DNA of 64,000 nucleotides from Candidatus Poribacteria bacterium (GTDB taxonomy: Bacteria; Poribacteria; WGA-4E; WGA-3G). Positions 40,556 to 50,272 of the stretch are shown piece after piece. Each line of letters starts with the position of its first letter. Positions within the stretch are counted from its first letter, which is position 1. The stretch lies in NCBI GenBank assembly GCA_964291315.2, contig OZ219753.1, forward strand, positions 1,888,001 through 1,952,000, written 5' to 3'. The position numbers and the translations under genes were made by a program. Below the pieces are notes generated by a model that saw only the letters and a list, made by a program, of their open reading frames with translations, was not told the DNA's origin and made no database searches.

Positions 40556-42967
40556 TCAAGAAACCAAGCTCTCGGTTAGATCCTTTAAGAGAGCATCTAA
40601 ACCCTCCCCAAAAAGCTCATAGATTTTCGCACCGTTCCCCAACTCTACAAAAGGCGGATCCTCAAAGTCGGACCTCCGAATATCAAGCGAAGTGGCAATA
40701 TGATCCCGTATCATCCCCAGCCACTCTCTTTGTTCATCTGTGATGTTTTTCCCATGCAACCATTCAACAAAACGACGATTCACCGTCTGCCTGAAAGGCT
40801 CCAGAAAACCGTTCTCTCCTACGGCATACCGCACGAGAGAAATAAGATCCATACGCTGCTCCGTATCTCCGCGAACGTTTTCTGGATACCGTCTTTTGTA
40901 GGCCAACCATACCGCCTCGCGACTCAAACTGTTTGAATGCCCTTGCAAAGCCTCCTCTAACGTTTTCAAGTTGCCCTCGCTTAGCCGCCCGCTCGCCCCT
41001 GGCACCCTACACAGAATTTGCAACGCTGATAATTCCGCTACATTTTCATTAATAAACGCTTTAAAGGCGTGCAGCACCGCAGCCACCTGCGTGAAACTTT
41101 GATCGTCAAAACCGGCGCCAATCACCCGATCCTCGCTAATATCGTCAATTAACTGGTCCGGATCTCTCCTCGGTACGTCGCTTGCATCAGCTGGAGGCGG
41201 TGCATCCGAAAGCGGTTGCGAATCCGTTTTGACAGACTCAATGACACCGACAGCATCAACAACGATAAAATGCGTCTTGCCAACCGCATCACCCGTGACA
41301 GCCCGCAAATCGTCACGACTAATGACGCGCACCCCGCGCCCAATCATCTGCTCAAAATAGCCGCTAGAACGCACAACACGCATAAAAACCAAACATTCAA
41401 GCGGTTTTATATCCGTACCCGTAGAAATCATATCCACACTCACCACGATCCGCGGATTTAATTGTGTCCGAAAACTTCTGATCAAATCCTCCGGCCTATC
41501 GCTCTGATACGTAATCTTTTGGCAGAACGCATCCCCCTTCGCGAACACCTCCCGAACAATACCCACAATATCCTCGGCATGCGTATCGTCTTTCGCAAAA
41601 ATAAGCGTCTTCGGAACAATACCTCTGCTCGGGAAAAGGTCACTAAAAAGTTTATCCTTGAACGTCTGAATCACCTTCCGAATTTGGTCTACGGCAACCA
41701 CATCCCGATCCAACTGGTGCCCCGTATATTCAACATCAGCATCCAATTCATCCCAATGGAGGCGACGGCTCTCCTTCTCTCGCCTTGCCACATAATGCCC
41801 GGCTCCAACCACGCCGCCGCTTCGTGTAATCTCGGTCTGAATCTGATAAACGTAGTAACCAACATTTACATCGTCTGCAACCGCCTCCTCATGCCGGTAT
41901 TCATAAACAAGGTTGTGATCAAAAAATCCGACAGTCTGTCTATACGGGGTTGCAGTGAGTCCAATGATAAACGCGTCGAAGTATGTGAGCACATGCTGCC
42001 ACTTCCCGTAAATAGAACGGTGACACTCATCCACGATGATAACATCGAAGGTATCCATCGGAATTGACGGATTATACGCAACCTCCAGCGTCTGCTCGTC
42101 TTCATGTTCAAACGCAGAGGCCTCCTCAGCGTCTGTTTCGTACGTGGTTTCCCCTTTTAACATGGCGTAGAGACGTTGGATAGTCGTGATACAGACCGCA
42201 GTGGCCTCATCAATAACGTTGCTGGAGAGGTGTTGAACGTTGTAAAGTTCCGTAAATCTTCTGCCATCGTCAGACGTTGTATAATTCTCGAACTCGTTGA
42301 GCGTTTGTCTACCCAAGTTCCGCCGGTCTACAAGAAACAACACCCGTTTGACCCCGGCGAATTGGATCAGCCGATAGGCGGCAGTCACAGCAGCGTGTGT
42401 TTTCCCGCTACCCGTCGCCATCTGGATTAACGCCCGAGGCCGCGACTCTTTTAAAGAGACTTCAAGCTGCGTTATCGCCTCAAATTGGCACGCTCTCAGC
42501 GATCCTTTCTCTAACGGCGGTAAATCCGCCTTAAGTCTCTCCCGAAGAGTCCTCGGCTCAACCGCCCGACGAGACAACGTATCCGGGGTATGGAACGTGA
42601 ATACCCGGCGCGAATTCGCATCTGGATCCCGAACATCACAGAAGTAGGTCTCAACGCCCGTTGACGCATACGAAAACGGCACATTAGCAAAACGTTTTAA
42701 GCCATCCGGTAAACTGGCACGATACCGAGCCGCCTGCTGAATGCCCCCACTGAGCGTTGTCCCCTCCGCTTTCGCTTCTATAACGCCCACAGCAGTCCTA
42801 TTGATAAAAAGCAGGTAATCCGCTCGATAACCGGATTTCAACGGATACTCGCGCACCGCAACCCCACCCGCAGCAGCCGGGGCACACCCAGCATAATCTT
42901 CTATCAGCCATCCCGTAGCTGCCAGCATACTGTCTATCTTATCTCTTGCTTTCTCTTCAGGAGTCAT
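40556..42967 (-). CDS. hsdR: type I R-M restriction subunit (EcoAI/EcoEI-like)
   Basis: Start MTPEEKARDKID; ADYLLF..VIEAK nuclease; MATGSGKT, DECHRS, GLTATP, QMIGRG. Confidence 0.93.
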   Translation of the reverse strand: MTPEEKARDKIDSMLAATGWLIEDYAGCAPAAAGGVAVREYPLKSGYRADYLLFINRTAVGVIEAKAEGTTLSGGIQQAARYRASLPDGLKRFANVPFSYASTGVETYFCDVRDPDANSRRVFTFHTPDTLSRRAVEPRTLRERLKADLPPLEKGSLRACQFEAITQLEVSLKESRPRALIQMATGSGKTHAAVTAAYRLIQFAGVKRVLFLVDRRNLGRQTLNEFENYTTSDDGRRFTELYNVQHLSSNVIDEATAVCITTIQRLYAMLKGETTYETDAEEASAFEHEDEQTLEVAYNPSIPMDTFDVIIVDECHRSIYGKWQHVLTYFDAFIIGLTATPYRQTVGFFDHNLVYEYRHEEAVADDVNVGYYVYQIQTEITRSGGVVGAGHYVARREKESRRLHWDELDADVEYTGHQLDRDVVAVDQIRKVIQTFKDKLFSDLFPSRGIVPKTLIFAKDDTHAEDIVGIVREVFAKGDAFCQKITYQSDRPEDLIRSFRTQLNPRIVVSVDMISTGTDIKPLECLVFMRVVRSSGYFEQMIGRGVRVISRDDLRAVTGDAVGKTHFIVVDAVGVIESVKTDSQPLSDAPPPADASDVPRRDPDQLIDDISEDRVIGAGFDDQSFTQVAAVLHAFKAFINENVAELSALQILCRVPGASGRLSEGNLKTLEEALQGHSNSLSREAVWLAYKRRYPENVRGDTEQRMDLISLVRYAVGENGFLEPFRQTVNRRFVEWLHGKNITDEQREWLGMIRDHIATSLDIRRSDFEDPPFVELGNGAKIYELFGEGLDALLKDLTESLVS

Positions 42968-43081
42968 CGCACAGTTCCGGTAGGCGCACACCCAACCTTT
43001 ATCTGCTAACATGAAATACGGGCAAGGCAGCTCTTTTGTAGCATAACCTGTTAGGTTGGACAATTTACCTGCTAACCATAA

Positions 43082-43126
43082 GATAGGGGCAGGCAAAAGC
43101 ATAGAACAGAGAAACCCGCCCCTATC
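43082..43126. repeat. REP-like palindrome GATAGGGGCAGG...CCCGCCCCTATC
   Basis: 12-bp imperfect inverted repeat, intergenic. Confidence 0.55.
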
Positions 43127-43143
43127 CGCCCACTTAGGCATCT

Positions 43144-43899
43144 TTAAACATTACACACATCAAACGCATGCTGCATCGCCTCAAACGCATCGCCCTTCGG
43201 GCCAAACTCATGCCCAACGTAAAGCTCATACCCCGTATCGACGATCGCACGCATCACAGCCGGATAGTAAATCTCTTGCTCGTCATCGAGATCGTGACGA
43301 CCCGGATTACCCGCTGTATGATAATGCCCAATGTATTCACTATAGTCCGTGATGTTCCGAATGAGGTCGCCCTCCATGATCTGCATGTGGTAGATGTCGT
43401 AAAGCAGCTGCGCCCGCGGCGAACCAACCCCTTTACAAACCTCAACGCCCCATGCTGTCTTATCGCACTGATAATCCGGATGGTTAACCTTACTATTGAG
43501 CAGCTCAATACACAGGTTGATACCCTTCTCTTCAGCAGCTTTCGTAACGCGGGACAAGCCCTCTATCGTGTTATCACGACCCTCTTCTTCCGACCTGCCC
43601 TCCCGGTTACCAGAAAAACAGATGAGCCCCGGAATATCGTTCTCCGCTGCAATATCAATATTTCGAAGAAGCTCATCTTCAATCCGAGCATGGTTACTCG
43701 GATCGTTTAAGCCCGACGGAAGCGAAGCGTGACCCACTATAATCGCAACACGCATCCCATGATCCTTCACCACAGGCCAATACTCTGCAGGAAGCATCTC
43801 AACCGATTTATAACCGATCTCAGCAGCTCGCTTGATAACCGCAACAGGATCCCTGCCACGACTGAAACCACCAAAACAGATAGACTGATTAATTGGCAT
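43144..43899 (-). CDS. hydroxypyruvate isomerase family TIM-barrel protein
   Basis: ELLNSKVNHPDY, LYDIYHMQIMEGD, HYHTAGNPGR, GHEF. Confidence 0.9.
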   Translation of the reverse strand: MPINQSICFGGFSRGRDPVAVIKRAAEIGYKSVEMLPAEYWPVVKDHGMRVAIIVGHASLPSGLNDPSNHARIEDELLRNIDIAAENDIPGLICFSGNREGRSEEEGRDNTIEGLSRVTKAAEEKGINLCIELLNSKVNHPDYQCDKTAWGVEVCKGVGSPRAQLLYDIYHMQIMEGDLIRNITDYSEYIGHYHTAGNPGRHDLDDEQEIYYPAVMRAIVDTGYELYVGHEFGPKGDAFEAMQHAFDVCNV

Positions 43900-43998
43900 A
43901 ATCCCCTCTTTCTCTCTTACGCTTAAATCAAATTAAAAAAATTAGAAGGCATGCTCCGGCCCGCTGCAAGCGCAACGCCTCATGCCTACGTGTTATCT

Positions 43999-44964
43999 CT
44001 ACAGGTCTACCGCCTTACCCGTCCGGAAAGACGTGCTCGCTGCAAGCATAATGCGCAGCGTCTCTAACGCATCGCTATACGGAGATAGAATCTGTGAACC
44101 ATCCCCACTCTTCACAGCATCAATGAAAACACGATCCCGATCCTGACCGCCCTCGTTAGAAAGCGACTCCGTCTCGCCCCCGCGATTCACATTGTTCGAG
44201 CCACCCACAGTGACAACCAATCCACGCGTGAACACCTCAAGGTGAACACGACCGAAACCTTCCATCGCGCAACAAGAAGCGATGTTCGCCACAGCCCCAT
44301 TTTTAAACGCAATGTTCACCATGCTGATATCGTCCACATCGTAGTTCTCCACATGCGTCATGCTACCGCTCGCAGCGACACCGTGCACAGTTTCACCATC
44401 ACTGCCAACAAGGAAACGCGCAAGATCAAAAATATGCGTCGTCTGCTCAACATGCTGACCACCCGACTGCGCACGAACACGCCACCACGGCGTACCAGGC
44501 ATCCCGCCCATCCAATAACCGAGCGCACCCAGAACCTGCGGCTGATCTTCAAGCAGCGCCTTCGCATGCTGAGCATTGCCACCATAACGCCAATGATACC
44601 CAACACTCGTGATCACACCGCTCCGCTCAATGTCTTCGTTGATAATAAGCGCGGGTTCTAATTCACTGTGAATCGGCTTCTCAATGAACATCGCAACGCC
44701 TTGTTCACAAGCAATCCGCTCCTGTTCACCATGCGCAAAAGGCGGCGTGCAAATGTAAACCGCATCCAGATCCTCGCTCTCATACATCACACGATAGTCA
44801 CTGTAAGCATTCCCACCAAATTCCGCAGCACGCTGTTTCGCACGCTCCTCGGAAATATCGCACATCGCAGAAAACTCAACATCCTCAAAATTATCCTTAA
44901 GATTACGCATGTGCGCACTTGCCATACCGCCGGTTCCAATAAAACCGAGTTTCACTTTATCCAT
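43999..44964 (-). CDS. Gfo/Idh/MocA oxidoreductase
   Basis: GFIGTGGMA, ICTPPFAH, EKP, EQTTHIFD. Confidence 0.92.
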   Translation of the reverse strand: MDKVKLGFIGTGGMASAHMRNLKDNFEDVEFSAMCDISEERAKQRAAEFGGNAYSDYRVMYESEDLDAVYICTPPFAHGEQERIACEQGVAMFIEKPIHSELEPALIINEDIERSGVITSVGYHWRYGGNAQHAKALLEDQPQVLGALGYWMGGMPGTPWWRVRAQSGGQHVEQTTHIFDLARFLVGSDGETVHGVAASGSMTHVENYDVDDISMVNIAFKNGAVANIASCCAMEGFGRVHLEVFTRGLVVTVGGSNNVNRGGETESLSNEGGQDRDRVFIDAVKSGDGSQILSPYSDALETLRIMLAASTSFRTGKAVDL

Positions 44965-45137
44965 ATTTTCTCCTTAAAAATGTAGATAGTTGGAAAAATC
45001 CCTAAATTTTCAAATATAGTTTAGCAAACGCAGCGGTTATATAGCAACTATTTTTTTCAGGTTGTGCTATAATACTTTAAAATAACGTGAGTTTGAAAAA
45101 ATGTGAATCGGGTTTTCTTGTAGCATAAGCTGCTCGC

Positions 45138-45161
45138 GTAGCATAGACTGTCCGTCTGTGC
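45138..45161. repeat. GTAG-type REP-like palindrome GTAGCATAGACTGTCCGTCTGTGC
   Basis: Near-identical to copy at 61499-61522; GCATAGAC/GTCTGTGC stem. Confidence 0.7.
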
Positions 45162-45290
45162 CTCTTTAGTTTCATTCTCTTGGGCAAGAGACCCTTCATC
45201 TAAAGATGAACCCAATAATTATCACGCTCGCGTTTAAATAGGCTGTCGAACCGGCAGCCGATCCCCAAAAACCAAACATGGAGGAACACA

Positions 45291-46085
45291 ATGAATTTCA
45301 AATTTGGATATAGCACGTTACGCTGGCAAACCCCAGATTTTGAGGAACTATTGACCCAACTCAAAGACGCAGGTTGGGACGGCTGGGAGATGCGTCAATC
45401 CTTAGATTGGGTCGGAACACCGCAACGTATCCGACAAATATGCAACAATGTCGAGCTACCCATCGCTGCCGTGACCGCACGCGGGCTCCCTATCGATAAA
45501 AACAGAGAACAAATGGAACTCAATAAGCGACGTATCGACTTCGCCGCAGAAGTCGAAGCAGACTGCTTCATGTTCATGGGCGCAGCAAAACCTAAAAACC
45601 GCCCAGTGAATAACACAGACCTCGCCGCACTCGCCGATGTCTCCGAAACATGGGCAGAATACGCCGAACAATACGGACTACACGTCTGTTATCATATACA
45701 TACCAACACCACCGTCGATTCCATCGCACACTGGGCAAAATACATGAGCCTCCTCCGAAAATGTAAACTCTGCATAGACGTATCACACTCCGCCCTCTGG
45801 GGATATGACCCCATCGAGTCCATTCACCGTTATAGCGATGCCCTCGTCTACGTCCACCTTCAAGACTATTGTAACGTCACCGGCGGCAAAAACCACACAC
45901 CTTACGAAGTCAGCTGGGTCGACATCGGCACAGGCACTGCCATGGATTTCCCTGGCATCATGTCTACACTTCAAAAACTCAAATACGACCGATGGATTAC
46001 AGCATGCCCCGGACAAGTCGAAGAACGCTCGGACATCGAACGCATGAGAATCAACCGCGAGTACCTACGCCAATTGGGCTACTAA
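45291..46085 (+). CDS. sugar phosphate isomerase/epimerase (xylose isomerase-like TIM barrel)
   Basis: GGAGG RBS; GWDGWE, YHIH, CIDVSH, VHLQD, DIGTG..DF. Confidence 0.85.
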   Translation: MNFKFGYSTLRWQTPDFEELLTQLKDAGWDGWEMRQSLDWVGTPQRIRQICNNVELPIAAVTARGLPIDKNREQMELNKRRIDFAAEVEADCFMFMGAAKPKNRPVNNTDLAALADVSETWAEYAEQYGLHVCYHIHTNTTVDSIAHWAKYMSLLRKCKLCIDVSHSALWGYDPIESIHRYSDALVYVHLQDYCNVTGGKNHTPYEVSWVDIGTGTAMDFPGIMSTLQKLKYDRWITACPGQVEERSDIERMRINREYLRQLGY

Positions 46086-46232
46086 TCCCTATATCACCAG
46101 CAGCACTCATAACCACCATGCTCCGAACCTACACTATTACAAGCATTCAAGGCAGCTTCTCAAGCCGGGAATACAGTGCCAAATACCGAATAAAATTCTG
46201 AAAACCCAACCCACCCATAGGAGATAAAGTGT

Positions 46233-48053
46233 ATGAACAAACCAGCGGCAGAAATCCGCTCCATTCTGGCAACCGATTGCGGCAGCACAACAACAAAGGC
46301 CATCCTCATTGAAAAACGAGGAAACCAATATCAACTCATCGTCCGCGGCGAAGCACCCACCACTGTCGAAACCCCCGTCGAAGACGTAACAGCCGGCGTT
46401 ATCAACGCCATCACTGAAGTCGAGGAACTCGCCGGACGAAAACTCCTCCATAAGGGCGGCATCCTCAAACCCCAACACGGAGACGAAGGCGTCGATATTT
46501 ACATATCAACCAGCAGCGCCGGCGGCGGACTCCAAATGATGGTAGCAGGCGTCGTACGAAACCTCACAGCAGAAAGCGCCGAACGCGCCGCACTCGGCGC
46601 AGGCGCAATTGTCATGGACGTTATCGCCTCCAACGACAAGCGACTCCCACACCAAAAAATAGAACGCATCCGACACCTACGCCCCGACATGCTACTCCTC
46701 TCCGGCGGCGTTGACGGCGGAACAACCTCACACGTCGTCGAACTCGCAGAAATTATCGCAGCCGCACGCCCAAGACCCCGATTGGGCAACGCTTATGAAC
46801 TCCCACTCATCTACGCAGGAAACAAAGACGCACGCCAAGCCGTCCAAGAACGACTACACAACCTGATGACCCTAGAGATTGTGGAAAACCTAAGACCCGT
46901 CTTAGAACGCGAAAACCTCATGCCGACTCGCCATAAAATCCAAGACCAATTCTTGGAACACGTCATGGCACACGCCCCCGGCTACAAAAAATTAATCCAA
47001 TGGACAGACGCACCAATTATACCCACACCCGGAGCCGTCGGCGAAATTATACAGACCGTCGCCGCACAACAAAATATCGCCGTCGTCGGCGTCGATATCG
47101 GCGGCGCAACAACCGACGTCTTCTCTGTTTTTAAAAACCAAGCAGATCAACCCATCTTTAACCGAACCGTCAGCGCCAACCTCGGCATGAGCTACAGCGT
47201 CTCAAACGTCCTCGCCGAAGCCGGCATCCAAAACGTTCTCCGCTGGGTACCCTTCGATATTGAAGTCGGCGACCTCCGAAACAGAATCAAAAATAAAATG
47301 ATCAGACCAACCACAATCCCACAAACCTTGCAAGAGCTCATCCTCGAACAAGCAATCGCACGAGAAGCACTCCGCCTCGCTTTTCAACAGCACAAGCAAC
47401 TCGCAGTCGAATTGCGCGGCGTCCAACAACAACGCACCATCTCCGAAGCCTTCGCTCAAACCGAAAGCGGCCAAACCCTCGTCGATATGATCGACCTAGA
47501 CATGATCGTCGGAAGCGGCGGCGTCTTATCACACGCACCCCGCCGTCAACAAGCCATGATCATGATGATAGACGCTTTCCAACCCGAAGGTATAACCCGC
47601 CTTGCCGTCGACAGTATCTTCATGATGCCCCAACTCGGCGCACTCGCACAAGTCAATCCCGAAGCCGCTACCCAAGTCTTCGAACGAGACTGCCTCGTCC
47701 ATCTCGGCACTTGCATCTCCCCCATCGGCACCGGCAAGCCAGGAGAACAGTGTCTCTCTGTCGAACTCAACCTCCCAGGGAAACCCCCTATCGTTCAGGA
47801 CGTACCTTACGGCGAAATCCAGCTCTATCCGCTCGAATCAGGTCAAAAAGCAGCAGTAAAACTCCAACCCGCACGACGATCTGACCTCGGCGCCGGGAAC
47901 GGCACCCAAATCGAGACAGAAGTGATCGGCGGCGTTGTCGGAGTAGTTATTGATACCCGCGGGAGACCCCTCGAAATCCCAACCGATTCCAATCAGCGAG
48001 TCACACAGCTGACAAAGTGGCAAGCCGCATTAGATGCATATTCCTCACCCTAA
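46233..48053 (+). CDS. glmL: GlmL/MutL-type glutamate mutase accessory ATPase (actin-like fold)
   Basis: DCGSTTTK, SSAGGGL, SGGVDGG, DIGGATTDVFS, RTVSANLG. Confidence 0.85.
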   Translation: MNKPAAEIRSILATDCGSTTTKAILIEKRGNQYQLIVRGEAPTTVETPVEDVTAGVINAITEVEELAGRKLLHKGGILKPQHGDEGVDIYISTSSAGGGLQMMVAGVVRNLTAESAERAALGAGAIVMDVIASNDKRLPHQKIERIRHLRPDMLLLSGGVDGGTTSHVVELAEIIAAARPRPRLGNAYELPLIYAGNKDARQAVQERLHNLMTLEIVENLRPVLERENLMPTRHKIQDQFLEHVMAHAPGYKKLIQWTDAPIIPTPGAVGEIIQTVAAQQNIAVVGVDIGGATTDVFSVFKNQADQPIFNRTVSANLGMSYSVSNVLAEAGIQNVLRWVPFDIEVGDLRNRIKNKMIRPTTIPQTLQELILEQAIAREALRLAFQQHKQLAVELRGVQQQRTISEAFAQTESGQTLVDMIDLDMIVGSGGVLSHAPRRQQAMIMMIDAFQPEGITRLAVDSIFMMPQLGALAQVNPEAATQVFERDCLVHLGTCISPIGTGKPGEQCLSVELNLPGKPPIVQDVPYGEIQLYPLESGQKAAVKLQPARRSDLGAGNGTQIETEVIGGVVGVVIDTRGRPLEIPTDSNQRVTQLTKWQAALDAYSSP

Positions 48054-48088
48054 GGCAACCTTCTAGCAATTCCGTAAATTTATTTTAT

Positions 48089-48117
48089 TTGACAAATTTT
48101 TATTAAAAATATAAGAT
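48089..48117 (+). promoter_or_regulatory. sigma70-type promoter
   Basis: TTGACA-N17-TAAGAT. Confidence 0.65.
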
Positions 48118-48251
48118 ATGCGTGTAATGTGGAAATTTTCCACTAACCTTTGAAAAATACCAGATGTTTTCTGGTTTAAACCCCTCGGTGAATCCAAATT
48201 TTGCTTAGGTTCACCAAACTGTATTACAAAACGCAAAGGAGACAAATTTTA

Positions 48252-49085
48252 ATGAAAAGCTTTTATCTATGGACAATAGGAATCGCCACGATCCTACTAC
48301 TCCCTATCGCAACCTTACAACCCGTATTCGCACAAGCAAACGATATCGTCGGAGGCCCCTTGAAAAAAGACGAACTCATGGAAGACCCACAACCCAACGC
48401 TGACGGCCAGAGAGAGAGTCACAATGACGTTGATACGTGGATTACCAAGTGGTACGGCCCCGACGGCAATTACGAAAACAATGGAGGGTTTCCCGCCTCC
48501 GCACCCAAAGACCTGATCGACGAAGGCACTGGCGGTAAATTGACGCAAGTCAAACTTTCCACAAGTGCAGGATTACAGCTCACCCAAACCGTTGATATGA
48601 AATGGAAGGGAGCGAACGGCGGAACTCGAAAATGGACCGTCTTTGAGCTCGACCCCGCAGACGGAAACAACATGAACCGGGGCGGTCCCGTAGATAACAT
48701 TGACACTTATGGGATTATCGTCCTTAACTCGCCTGCCGCCCAAAAAGCCATCATGTCCCCCGCACACGACGATCACGCCCAAATTTGGATCAACGGCGAA
48801 AAGTGGTACAATAACTCCAAATGGACAGGCGCAGCACAAACAGTGCTTCACAACGTCGAAATTGACTTGAAAAAAGGAGCTAACATCCTCCTCTACCGAG
48901 TCGGCGAATCAGGCGGATCCGCTTATATCAACCTCCATTTTGATGAAGACACCCACAAATCCGTTAAAATCTATCCAGACAAATCCGACGACCAAGACAG
49001 CTTCTTTCAAGAAATCCAAGGAGTACTTGATGTCGAACCGAAAGGTAAGCTCACAACCGTTTGGGCAGACGTTAAACGGAAATAA
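48252..49085 (+). CDS. exported protein with C-terminal GKLTTVWADVKRK motif
   Basis: AAAGGAGA RBS before ATG 48252; signal peptide (VFA-Q); HDDHAQIWING beta-sandwich-like core. Confidence 0.8.
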   Translation: MKSFYLWTIGIATILLLPIATLQPVFAQANDIVGGPLKKDELMEDPQPNADGQRESHNDVDTWITKWYGPDGNYENNGGFPASAPKDLIDEGTGGKLTQVKLSTSAGLQLTQTVDMKWKGANGGTRKWTVFELDPADGNNMNRGGPVDNIDTYGIIVLNSPAAQKAIMSPAHDDHAQIWINGEKWYNNSKWTGAAQTVLHNVEIDLKKGANILLYRVGESGGSAYINLHFDEDTHKSVKIYPDKSDDQDSFFQEIQGVLDVEPKGKLTTVWADVKRK

Positions 49086-49125
49086 AACCGAAAAGCGCCC
49101 TATTTTTCAGCTCACCATAATTCGC

Positions 49126-49155
49126 TTGACAAGCTGACACATAGGACGTTATAAT
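49126..49155 (+). promoter_or_regulatory. sigma70 consensus promoter
   Basis: TTGACA-N18-TATAAT. Confidence 0.7.
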
Positions 49156-49272
49156 AACAAGTTATAAGGCGCTGTTTGAGCGTCTTATAACCGAAAGAAA
49201 ATTAGGGAGCAACCAACGCAACCTAATTATGTCTAACCTTTAATCAATCTAAAAAAAGGACGTAGTACCAGA

Positions 49273-50106
49273 ATGAAAAGATTTGATACCTTAGCACTCA
49301 CAATCGTGACGGTCTTCGCGTTAAGTATGACCTTATCACACCTCGCATTCTCACAGGCCAACCTCATCCAGGGCGGACCGCTAGCTGAAGACATGCTCCT
49401 AGAAGACCCCGAACCTAACGCCGACACACAGAGAGAAGACCGCAGCGCCGTAGACACCTGGATCACCAAGTGGTACGGACCCGACGGCAACTATGAGGAA
49501 AACGGCGGCTTCGCAACTTCAGCACCAATGGACCTGATCGACGAAGGCACCGGCGGCACACTCAACCAAGCATCGCTCTCAACCCTCAATGGACTCCTCA
49601 TGACGCAAGACATGGTCGTGGAATGGGGCGACGACCACGGCGGCCCAAGAAACTGGTCCGTTTTTGAAATCGACCCCACCGACGGAAATAACATGAACCG
49701 TGAGGGACCCGCGGATAACTTCGATGGATACGGGATTATCGTCATCGATTCACCCAGCGATATGACTGCTATCATGTCGCCCGCACATGATGACCACGCA
49801 CAAATCTGGATCAACGGCGAAAAATGGTACAACAACTCCCGATGGACAGGCGCAGCACAAACAATCCTTCACGATGTCGAAGTTGAATTGCAAAAAGGTG
49901 CCAACGTTCTCGTCTACCGACTCGGCGAATCAGGCGGGTCTGCATACTTGAACTTGCACTTTGATGCCGCAACAACCGATGCGGTTACCATCTATCCACA
50001 CGATGCAACCGATCAAGCCAGCTTCTTCGACGAAATCCTCCCACTGGCTGCCGTCGAAGCCACCGGAAAACTAACCACTACCTGGGCAGATATCAAACGC
50101 AAGTAG
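49273..50106 (+). CDS. exported protein, tandem paralog, C-terminal GKLTTTWADIKRK
   Basis: Long identical blocks with upstream gene (DTWITKWYGPDGNYE, MSPAHDDHAQIWINGEKWYNNS). Confidence 0.85.
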   Translation: MKRFDTLALTIVTVFALSMTLSHLAFSQANLIQGGPLAEDMLLEDPEPNADTQREDRSAVDTWITKWYGPDGNYEENGGFATSAPMDLIDEGTGGTLNQASLSTLNGLLMTQDMVVEWGDDHGGPRNWSVFEIDPTDGNNMNREGPADNFDGYGIIVIDSPSDMTAIMSPAHDDHAQIWINGEKWYNNSRWTGAAQTILHDVEVELQKGANVLVYRLGESGGSAYLNLHFDAATTDAVTIYPHDATDQASFFDEILPLAAVEATGKLTTTWADIKRK

Positions 50107-50127
50107 ATATCTTCTCCTATTTTTCGC

Positions 50128-50155
50128 AGGCGCGCTCACACAGCGCGCCTTTTTT
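50128..50155 (+). terminator. intrinsic terminator
   Basis: AGGCGCGCT-CACAC-AGCGCGCCT followed by T-run, just after stop codon. Confidence 0.85.
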
Positions 50156-50183
50156 GTTCTCATGTCCAAATCGCGCACAACGC

Positions 50184-50212
50184 TTGACAAATGCAAATCA
50201 ATACGTTAAAAT
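50184..50212 (+). promoter_or_regulatory. sigma70-type promoter of batC-batD
   Basis: TTGACA-N17-TAAAAT. Confidence 0.65.
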
Positions 50213-50272
50213 ATCTTCCAGCCAATCCACACAACCAACAAGCACACGCGCAAAAACAACAGGTGACACCGC

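Noticed and set aside
41462-42067. Long antisense ORFs opposite hsdR and other genes
   Set aside because: Shadow ORFs produced by codon bias and strand skew; no motifs
42968-43141. Long N-terminal extension of HsdR in the ORF track (similarly 5239, 13554, 48201, 60335 starts)
   Set aside because: Extensions run through palindromic or intergenic DNA; downstream ATGs fit RBS and family N-termini better
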